Shown in pieces: positions 1 to 10,490 of a DNA stretch of 64,000 bases; position 1 is the first letter of the stretch; each line of letters opens with the position of its first letter. The notes under the pieces were generated by a model. It ran no database searches. It was not told the origin of the DNA and saw nothing but the letters and a program-made list of their open reading frames with translations. Source of the DNA: the human T2T-CHM13v2.0 reference genome, Homo sapiens; assembly GCF_009914755.1 (NCBI RefSeq), contig NC_060947.1; one strand, written 5' to 3'. The position numbers and the translations under genes were made by a program.

Positions 1-2503
1 ATAGGTCTAACACAACGGATATATTATCTACATAATTCAAAATACTGATGGTATATTTGGAAATAAATTTACTCTATGTATGAAATATAACATTGAGCCA
101 AATCAGAAATTTAAATTTCATTTTAGAATTACTAAATATTAGGATTAATATACTAGAGCATGAATAGCCTTCAAGTGAACTCCTAATGTGTGAATATGGA
201 TTCATAAAAAAAGACATAACCAAGAAGTTTATGCATTTTATTAGAAGAACAAAAAATAAACATAGAAGTAGCATACTAAAATGAGCTGCATAATGTGCAC
301 TTTTAAACATAAACAAGCACTACAGCACTATAACTTGAAAAAAAATCAAAGCGTCTGCAGTTGAGGGAATGAGCTATTGCATTTTGGAGGAAAATTACTA
401 TGGGAAGAGTTGGTACTCATGAAATATTCTGGTCATTATTTAAATATGTTACACATGGCTAATAATTTTCTTATATATATTTTTAATCGCCATTTTCCAC
501 CCAAATTATGTGCCTCCATTTTTCACATTATTCCAAATTGTTGTTATATGAATGCACAAAGTTAGTCCTTTAAAAAAGAATATATTTAGGAAAATCCTTC
601 AAAAGTTTTTTAATTTAAATCATTGTAATTTGGGAGCATGGGGACAAATGGCTCATTTTCTGTTAAAGCAGCAACAATAATATTAAAATATTATTAATAT
701 TATAATATTAAAATAATATTAAAATATTAATAAATAAGTTTATTTTGAAAAGGGCATTCATTCCCATAATCCAGTGATATGATGGTCATATCATTCTCTC
801 AACTGCTAGACACAAAAGACATAGCAACAAAGTAATTTGTTTCCATCACTAACAAATAGCATCTCTACACAGAAATAAAGCTCTGGAACCATGCAGTTTT
901 ATGACAGATAAATCTTTAGGTTGTGTGTTTTCAGAGAAAAAAGCACTGCTTAATAGTTAGGTTACTTTTAGGTCTTGTTACAGAGGTATTTTTTAAAAAA
1001 CTAATATGATGTAGATGCCTAGCAAGGATTTTGCAATATCTGCAAAGAGCTGCGACTTATTTCATAGTCATACATTTTTTTTACATATACCATAATTGTG
1101 GATGGATTCTATTTAAAGATAAAATTTCTCTTCAATAATCCAGCTTTTGAGTATTAGTGATTCTCTTACAGGCAAGAACAAGTAGAAGAGCTGGAAACTG
1201 CACAAATTAGTCAAACTAAATATTTTCTTGAGGTTAGTAATAGAGGGCTTTTTTTGGGGGGGGGCCTCAGTTACATCCATTTGTTTTACTTAATTCCCCA
1301 ATTTGTCTTATTTATTGAAACACAGCCTCTATGTTGAAACTCCAGAGTATGACCCCGTGGCTGTCAGCATGCACACCATGCCATCTATTCATGGGGTATC
1401 TTTTGTGATGCTTCTACAGTTATTCCTACTAATTTATAGGTGATTTTTCCTGACTTAAAATGTCGTATCTCTATTGACCTTAGAAAAATACATTCTTGAA
1501 TCTGGCATATTCACAAAGAAATGTCCATATCAGTACATAGGTTAAATTGGGAAATTATGTTGGAGATAAGGCTGAAGTTGGAGTTCCTAACTACAGAATG
1601 AAGGAATGCTTACATTTTATATCAATGGAAATGCTGGTCAGATTGTCAGGCTGTTTGTTGTATGGCTAACTCTAAGTGATTATGGGCTGAGGGAAAAGAA
1701 AATTCTAGCCAACTGGCCCTGAGGTATTGGACAACTGTAAGGCTTGGATTGCTTTCTGGCTTTGGCTTATTTTTCTTTCTCTGTAAATGAGAACTATCAA
1801 AACGAGTAGCAATACCAACTCCACCAACCCCAGGATGGGTTCCTTCTCTAGGTACTACAAGTACCTGTAGTGATCAAATGCTTAACCTTTCTAACCTTGA
1901 CCTCTTCTAGGCCTCATTGCCTGGGGGCAAAAAGAAAGTTAACTGGCTATCTATAGGTGGCGTGGGAGCTAAAATTGGCAGAGATGGTCAGATTGAAACA
2001 TTGTCTTCCAGCTCCTGTGTTACGTAAGATTTTGGCTGGTTCTCTTCTGTTTAGTTAAAACAAAACAGTGGGAGGCTGAAGTGGCACAGTTAACTACTTT
2101 GTAATCTGGTAAAGGTAGGTCAAAAAACAGCTTCCACTGAACAGGTATAATGTAAATGAAGCCAGTTATAAAGTTGTGCCAGGAGCATTTTTTTTCCCTT
2201 TGTTGAAGGGAATGAACGGCCCTATGCTGGCCATCCTTAACTGTTAAATATCATCTTTCAATGGTTACCGATTTGGTTTTGGTTACTGGATCTTAAAGGA
2301 GGAACAATGGTCAACATTAACAATTTGTCACTTAAATACCTATTAATTGATAAACATTTTAACTGACACATATATCAGCTGATCACTTTCTGTGAAAGAT
2401 GAAATCTTATTCTATCATAACGGTAATATCTATCTTGTAATACATGAGGTATTTCACTGCTTACAACCACTGAAAAAGGAAAACTTGTTCTAGAAACTGC
2501 CCG

Positions 2504-2543
2504 GTGTGTGTGTGTGTGTGTGTGTGCACACGTGTGTGTGTGT
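2504..2543. repeat. Interrupted (TG)n microsatellite, (CA)n in the mRNA
   Basis: gtgtgt...gtgcacacgtgtgtgtgtgt. Confidence 0.9.
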
Positions 2544-4330
2544 TTATAGGGGGGATTAATTTAAAAAGCAAACAATCTTTGCTAATGATCTTGTTAAAAG
2601 ATGAAGTTATTCTACTCTTGTTCAGTGCTGTTAGCTGAGGCTGACCTGTTACCTGTTACTAGCCTTCTCTTTTGGTGACCTGTAGCAAACTAGAAAGCCT
2701 CCGTAACAGCAAAGCAACATTATGCTTTAGTTAAGTCTTAGAGCAAAAACACCCTCCTTTTCAAAGCCTTAGAAATAACTCTCTCTTACTAACTTTTCCA
2801 CTATTATCACAGACTTCTTACATTTAAAAAAAGCTCCAAGGATTGCTTTCATGGACTATGTACATAAGTGCAAAAAAGGTGTGTCTCACACATCCGCACC
2901 CTAACTGAGACAGTCAATTAACTGCAGCATATGTTTCTTAAACACTGTTAAGGGGTCATTCCACAGTATCTTTATGTATAGTTTTAAAAATATGAATTAA
3001 TTTCAAAAGAGGCTTTAGTCATACATTAATCCTCATATAGCTATATTTGCTCATGTAATTCCAGAAAACAGAATTTTTGCAGCTACAGCTATGCCACTTG
3101 AATGGGGTAATTTTGAATTAAGTTATAAAAAAAGTTAGGTAATGTATTAAAAATGCAATGATTGCGTTTTGAAGTCTAAATACTGTGGAATAACCCTATC
3201 CACACAACAAATTCTATAAACTATAAAGCCTGATTCTAGAATCCATGTGTTATAAACTTTTTCACAAAAAGTCACACAAGGACACAAATTCAGCTTTTAT
3301 ATATGGGCCTTTGGGATTAAAAAAGAACTCAACCATGTCTGTTTTCATAGTTTTGAGCTGTATTTTCTACAGGCTCATACTGTCACAAATCACCTATAGT
3401 TTACAAGTAAAATGTTCACATACACAAATGTCTAAAGGTAGCCATGTTGTAATTTTGTTGCCAAAGCAACAACTAAATATAATTAGATAACAATTATTAT
3501 TTGTATATAAAGTTAAATTTGTTCTTAAATTGTGAACTGTAAAGGATAGTTTTGGACTATAATCTGTATCTTGTCATACTTCAGTGTCAGTTCAGAACCT
3601 AGCTAGGCGGGCAGAATCCATGCAGTAAAAGCTTAAACTTTCTTTAACTTTCCTTTGAAATTAAATTGATTAGTTACTTAGAGCTACAAAAAAGCAATAA
3701 AATGAAACCTTAAAGATGAACAATAAGAAAAATGAAAATATGGTACCAATTAGTGAGTTATATTTACAGTTTGATTAGGCTAGTAACTAAATTTACAAAA
3801 AAAGTTGTTATACTCTTGGACATGCTATTTATTCTAGTGCCTTCTACAGGCACTGGTTAAACAAGGCTACTGTCTTAGTATATCTATTCATCAGAATTGG
3901 GAAATCAGATTTCCCTCATAAATTTTGCCTATTTCTGTTTCAATGTATGTGAAATGTATTTGAGAGAAAAATAATGAGGATTTCAGTTTCTAATCATTCT
4001 GTACCTCATAGCCTACCCTACAGACTAAAGGAACTCGGAAAACTTGTGGCTGCATTTTACCTAAGAGCATCCTTATCTATACTCTGCAATGAGGGGGACA
4101 AAGAACCAAATAACATTTCAAGTAGCACATTAACTTTCTCTCTTATTTAATAAAATGTAATGTAAATGTCATTCCTTATTCAGATACCACTATGCTTATT
4201 GGTAATGCTACTTAAAACAGATTCAAGTTGCAAAGATTAATTTCATTCAGTTTCTGCTGATGGTAGGGAGGAGGTACTTGCTTTTTCCCAAATTGGAGAG
4301 CCGGTGAGCTGAGGCCCTCCCATTAGTGAA

Positions 4331-4343
4331 CACCACCTAGTGG
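4331..4343 (-). promoter_or_regulatory. Candidate CTCF motif
   Basis: Minus strand CCACTAGGTGGTG versus core CCACYAGRKGGCR (one mismatch). Motif only. Confidence 0.4.
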
Positions 4344-7300
4344 TATAGGACAACACTTATGGCAAGATCAAAGTGCTTCAGCATGTTCAAAAACGGATGA
4401 AAAAAATTGATGGAGTAGAGAGAAGATGACTTTCCACATCATGATTAACTACAAATTAAAGCCTCTGATCTAGAAAAGTGAAATAAAATGCCACAGCTGG
4501 TTGTGGAATCATGCTTCAATTACAAAAGTAAATACTGTATTTAAATAGCAATTTTATGAATCCATTTATTTTAATTTAATCTTAATCCCTCTTTAAAATA
4601 TACGTATGTTATGGTCACATAGTACTTTTTTAAAAAGTTGACACTACTAAAACCCTCTTAAAGATAACTTTTAGATTATTTTCTCTGTATACATGACCCG
4701 TTTTATCCAAGTTTCAGCACTCTTGCATATTTTTTGCAAAAGGCTGAGAAAAATGGACAAAAACAATAAATTTGGATAAATAGAGGCCCCTGTAAAATAC
4801 AAAGCTTATAAAATGTTAACTAAGAATCATAAGTGATTAGAATTTTATATATACAATTCATCCAGTAAATTTTTGTTTAGAGTCACTGATTAGTTTTGTG
4901 ACTTGTCTTTTTAAATGGAAATTTATAGTCTAATGACTTATCTTTCTTCTTTTCTCTTTTCTTGAATAAAGATAATTTGAATAAGTCATTGCACATCTAG
5001 TTTAAAGAGTGCTATCTTAAAATTGTATTTTTTTCTGAAAACTCTATTGAATTTGATCAAAACTTTAGGGCTTTGAGCTTTCTTTCTTTAAGTTCATTTA
5101 GAAAACAACTTTTAAAATGCCAACAATGTAGAAAATTGTGGCACCAAAAATACAGTGGCCCTAAATACCCCTCACGGAACCTTTTACTTTAAGGTAAGTC
5201 ATTGTTAATGTCTTCCAGTGCTTAACGCAACATGAAAACAGCTGTACTGTAGGTCTATTATCTATGGTTTATGTATATCTTTGCCCAAAGTTGAAAAAGT
5301 TAAGTGAGACAGTTCACTGCATGCAGATGTCAAACTACACAAAAGTTCATTTTGCACAAAAAAGTTCTTGTCTCCTTTAAGGAATATATCCAGACTAGCT
5401 CAGGTGCATCCCTCCTGGATTCATGTAATCAGATCTGCCCTTCTGGAGAGGCACTGGCACGGATCATACAAAACTCAGTTCCATACATGATGAATTTCAA
5501 AAAGGCATACACTACTTTCTTCTATAGCAATGTTAAGATTTCAGAAATAGAAATTAACTGGTTCAAAGAGTCCATAGGTAAAGGTCAGGACAACTCTTGA
5601 TCTCTAATTCCACGCAACATTGTCAACAGCTGACAATGACTCAATACAAGCAAGGCTGTTTAGAAAGCACTGTTGATCAGGATTTGGATGGATAATTAAG
5701 ATCAACAGAGTATCAATTCCCAGAAAGCTAATTTTGCTCTCTTATATTCTGAGCCAAATGGGTCTGCTTTGGAAGAGAGCATCAAATGTTCTGAAGCAAA
5801 AACAATGTGAAAAGGAGGAACAATGGGAAGCAGGAGATATTTCTGGGTCCCACAATGGCTAAGGTAGCCTTGGGCAAGTCATATGCCCCTGGATTCAGTT
5901 CCATCAACTATAAAAAGGATTTTGCTAATTCCATTGTTCTGTGATTCAAACACTTCTAGCCAGCTTAAGGTATCCTCAATCAGATTTGCTTTTTACTTGT
6001 CATTTTCATGAAGGAGAAAAACCATTATATATATATATATATATGTATATGATGGTTTTATACTTTCTGGTGGAAGAGCGCCTATTTACTAGAAAATATT
6101 AAATCTATTACTTGATGTAAAATGTCATGTGTTTCCACCACTGTATAATAACATTAATAAATGAGTAGAGTGGATGAGATATGTCACACACCACAGGAAT
6201 TATTTGGTTGTAAAATTCTTTCATAAATATTAGTAATGTGAACTCAGCTGAGCTCTGTGGAGTATAGCCACTCTGTCTCATTCAAAGGGTGATAAAACCC
6301 TTTCTATTGTCATTTTCAAACATATATAAAGGCAAACGAATCCAAACAAGCATAAAAGAGGCTTGGTTATGATGTGAGAGGGTCTGATGTTAAAGTTTGG
6401 GCAGGGGGACACTTGCCATATATCACAGGTGCTTTCTCCTTCACTGAACTGTTTAACAAAACGAAACTCAGTTGAACCGAAGCTAAAGACAACTACAACC
6501 ATCTTTCCCAGTTCTTTTGAATAAATCAAGGAATAATTGTAAGTGCTTCCCTGTTCCCTGTCCTAGCCATTTCTCCAAGCCTGTACTCAGGCTCCCTCTG
6601 TGATCAACAGAGAAGACTGTCCATTTGGGGAGGGAAGTCCTCATTTGCAACCAATTCTCTTTCACCCTGACTGACTTTTGCTAGATTGCATCTTACTTGT
6701 TATTCAAAGAGTAGTCTAAAGAGCATGAGCCATTTGCATTTGGAAAATGGCATTTGTGTAAAAGGTGACATTGCCATGGTTTTACACACTTTCCTCCAGT
6801 ACGTAAAAACTATCTCCATGCCCCCATCTCTCCGTTTGATTTATAACTTGTAATTAGCATATTTTTAAGCTCCCAAGTACCAGTTTCTCAGCTGAAGATG
6901 ACAAATGGCTCAGTTTTAGACACTCAATTTAGGAGATGGGATTCTCAAGCCACACACACAAAAAATCTAATGAGCACTTTACATAATTTTTAGTATAAAT
7001 GCTGAGAAATTCATTTAAAGGTAAAGTCTTATTTGCCAAGCTATTTAAGAAGAGTGAATTAGGGGTTAATGTTTTATGAAGTTCTCTGCTTTGTGCAGGT
7101 AATTATTTCTCTCTTTAAAAAATCTAGTAATTTGATTGTATTATGCAACATCAGATCTGCAGGTACAAATTATACACATGCATGTTAATGAGCAGGTTTT
7201 GTGCACATTCAAAAGTGAGGCGTTTTAAATGTCAGTCCCAAGAAACCTACAGAAATATTCTAAAGAAAGAGAGCATATTTGCATGAACCTGTCATGTTCT

Positions 7301-7473
7301 TAAGCACATATACTTCTGTTCCCCACTAATAACACTTTAGTTGAAATCAAACACCACACATATACAGCAAAACACTACAGTATGTAAAAACCTAACACAG
7401 CACAACACAATACAACACAAGAAATGGTACTGAATATATTTGTTACATCCTGAATCAACCCAATAGACTATCT

Positions 7474-7481
7474 TGTAAACA
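7474..7481 (-). promoter_or_regulatory. miR-30-5p 8mer site (UGUUUACA) in proximal 3'UTR
   Basis: Plus strand tgtaaaca; exact 8mer seed match. Confidence 0.55.
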
Positions 7482-7718
7482 AAATAGTAAGGTAACACTT
7501 CAAAAACAGATGAACAATTTATCCACCAAGAATGTATATAGTAAGCCAAAAGCTCACTGTGGAAATACACTTAGCATGGTTATTAGAAAATCACAAAGAG
7601 TAATGTAACAAGTTACCAAATTTTATGGTCATGTTCTGCTTGATAATTCAAATAGGATGGATGGTAGTTACTAGTTTTCTATTTGTGTTGTTTTAACATC
7701 TCCATTGATTTTTAATGC

Positions 7719-7731
7719 TTTATTTTTTATT
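7719..7731 (-). terminator. Tandem AAUAAA proximal polyadenylation signals
   Basis: Two tttatt at 7719-7724 and 7726-7731, about 155 nt after the stop. Usage not shown. Confidence 0.35.
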
Positions 7732-7883
7732 TGAATTTGCTGGCTGGCAGGTTTGCTTTGCTTAATACATTGACTGCAACACGCTTATTGTTGTGTTGGT
7801 AGAATAAGACATACGAGAATATATATAGAAAGGCCATATGGAGGTTTCCATGGAAAGATTCTGATACTCCATAACTCTGCTGT

Positions 7884-7895
7884 TCAGAATTTCAG
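7884..7895 (-). CDS. MBNL3: MBNL3 terminal exon, coding part (LKF-stop)
   Basis: Long pyrimidine tract, then atttcag|CTG AAA TTC TGA. Confidence 0.92.
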   Translation of the reverse strand: MKF

Positions 7896-9576
7896 CTGAA
7901 ATGGAAAAAAAAAGAAAGAAAGAAAGAGTGAGAAATATTGAAAGGTTATTGAAGGAAGAGTCAGGAGAGTGTGGTGGGTCTTGTTCCAGTTCTGTCTGTT
8001 AACAGTGCCAAAATATCCCCAATCTGAATTTCAGATTGAAATGGGGCTTTTGAGAATGATCATGAAAGAACCATATATCTATGATAGTCTATGATACCCT
8101 TTGAGTGCTAATGTGGAGAACTGTCCTAACAGAGATGCAATCCAATGTTTAAGGCATTATCTATCTACTTTTTGTTGAACATACACCCATGTGTCCACCT
8201 TTCAACAGGCATGTACTGAGAAAACATGTTTGATACCGAACATTTTGAAATATGCAAATATTAAATACACTTTCAACTTTTTCTCTGAATGTTTTAGAGC
8301 CATGCAGAAGTAGCCTACCTGTGAAATCTGGGTATTGTATTGTACAAAATTACATTTTTGAACTTTAGAGGAATTTTTAGCACCTATTACATATTGAAGT
8401 GATTATGTTCTGCCAAATATCTCTACATTTCTAACAAAATCAAGCAAGAAGGAATCACTCTTCCCTAACATGCTCTGTTGGAAAGTTAATTTGACAACTT
8501 GTGGTTACCTTGACGTAAAGCAGCCCATGAAAGTTGGGCAAGTGTTGGCAAAACCTACATTATCATGTTTAGTGCTATTTCCAAGTTGCCACTATCCCAA
8601 ATGACACCTCTGGAAACAATGACAATTTATAGCTCCTTCAGTTATCCCATGTGCTCAAAGGTGCCTTTTAAAATCCTTCCTTATGATTGAGGAGACCTAT
8701 TTATTTAATGTCCAGTCGGCTATCTGCTCTGTCCAGAACACTTAGTGTTCTAAGCCCGTGTGTCCTCAGCAGGAAAGAAGGGCTAGCTGGGGTCTGGGGA
8801 ACTAGTTCACGAGGGAACAGAACTGCTGCCTCCTTCAACCAAATGACACACTCCAGGTGTGAGAACTTCAAACTTTCGATGATGAAGGTATGCAATTCAG
8901 AGTTGGTACACTATTTTAGTAAGTCCCTAGAATTAATTAAAATACCTAGGAGTCTTAAGTGGCTTCAGAAATCACATGTTCTTAAGTGAATGATTGCTTA
9001 AAAAAGTGTGTGCCATGATGGGCACCAGGCAAAGAGGAGATTGAGGGTGAAGGAGAAAAAAAAAATCCCACAACAACAAAAATTTTAAAAAAGAGACATG
9101 ATTGGAATGAAAATAATGACTCAGTTACTAAATTATGTCACTCAAAATTCAATACAATGTCACATGACAGGCATAGTGCTTACTGTGTTTAACATAATCA
9201 TATCAGTCAAATCCTGAAAATTCTTGTTTGATCTTCAAAAAAAAAATGAAGCTATAAAATGGTTAAAGAATTACAACTCAAAAGTAATCTGTGCCTCTGG
9301 CTAACAAATTATATATTCCTTTAATAATAGGAAAACATTTAAGAATGTGTTAGCTCATTGAGAAAATACAGTACCAGCTGTCATTGCCATATAAAAAATA
9401 TTGCATATTTGCACTCACATTTCAATTTGGAAAATTTATAATGTGTAAATCAAGCTCTACATCACAAGCAATGTCTATGAATGAAAATATTTACGAAAGC
9501 CTTTTAGAAGTGCAATTGTGTAAATAAAATATGTAGCCTATAAATATTATTTATATTAATACTGAAAGAAACTTAC

Positions 9577-9650
9577 TGTTCTACTGAGAACTTCTACATC
9601 TGTGAAACAAACATGCTGCTATTCAGTTCATCTATTGATAATTGGGGTAT
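9577..9650 (-). CDS. MBNL3: MBNL3 alternative 74-nt exon carrying a stop codon (coding 9594-9650)
   Basis: actatag|ATACCC...GAACA|gtaagt. Encodes IPQLSIDELNSSMFVSQM*, clearly similar to the MBNL1 C-terminus IPIISAEHLTSHKYVTQM*. Confidence 0.85.
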
Positions 9651-10395
9651 CTATAGTAGTAAAAAAGATTTTAGATTAAAATAGTTTCTTGGGAGAATTC
9701 TGTTTATGTTGTTATATATGTGGATCTTTTAGTCTATAAGCATGGTTCCCACTTTAATAAGGCAAAATGGCCCTAATACTATACAATAATTATTGTATGT
9801 ATCTCCTTATAATTTCAAGACTCCCCCCAAACTTATAATCTGCCTTGTGAACTCTGCCTAGAAATACCTAAAGCAAATAAAAATCAAAACAACAAGCACA
9901 TCTAATGTCCATATGAGAAGGAACTTCTGATGTAATCACTGCGAAATGATAAGGATATCCATGTCTTGGAAAGAAATGTGATATTTTGTTTTCTCTCCAG
10001 TGGATCTGAAGGTAAAGGTGATGACTGTACTAAGCCAAAGTTTAAACACAATAATCAAAAATGGCAGTGAAATAAATTCTCTTGACCAATGAGGAAGCAT
10101 TTAAGTAACATTAAGTATATACATTTGAGGATTGGTGTGTTACCAGTAATTAAATATAGAATATCAAGAGCAACATCTGGTAACCAATTAAAAATGAGCA
10201 AAACTCCTCTGATTCATCTTGGGATGAATAGCAAAGCACATATAGCATTCTAGAATATACACAAAAATAAAAATTCTAAATGTGACAATGGCTTAAGAAA
10301 CACATAAGAATCTCACCAATCCAAAAAGCATATACTGTGCATTACCAAAACATTGTAGTTATCTTGATCTGAACAGCTTAAATAAATGGCCAAAC

Positions 10396-10490
10396 CTGAT
10401 TGCCTGTAGTTGGTGCAGCGAACGGAACGCTGGTGGCAGGTGTTGTTGCTGCAGACACAGTGGTAGGTGTAGCACCGTGCATCATGGGCA
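10396..10490 (-). CDS. MBNL3: MBNL3 95-nt cassette exon
   Basis: aactgaaag|TGCCCA...AATCAG|gtttgg. Encodes (V)[31 protein letters not shown], phase 1-0. Paralogous to the MBNL1/2 95-nt exon. Confidence 0.94.

Larger units (their letters stand above)
1..7883 (-). other. MBNL3: MBNL3 3'UTR (long, probably with alternative polyadenylation; distal end not determinable here)
   Basis: AT-rich and nearly free of interspersed repeats (no Alu/L1 in ~7.9 kb) downstream of the stop codon, with several AATAAA on the minus strand. The extent is inferred. Confidence 0.65.

Noticed and set aside
676-735. AATATTA-rich quasi-repeat, and small direct repeats at 11337-11364, 46848-46907, 51124-51167 and 56269-56303
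   Set aside because: Short low-complexity or slippage duplications expected in AT-rich DNA; no further structure.
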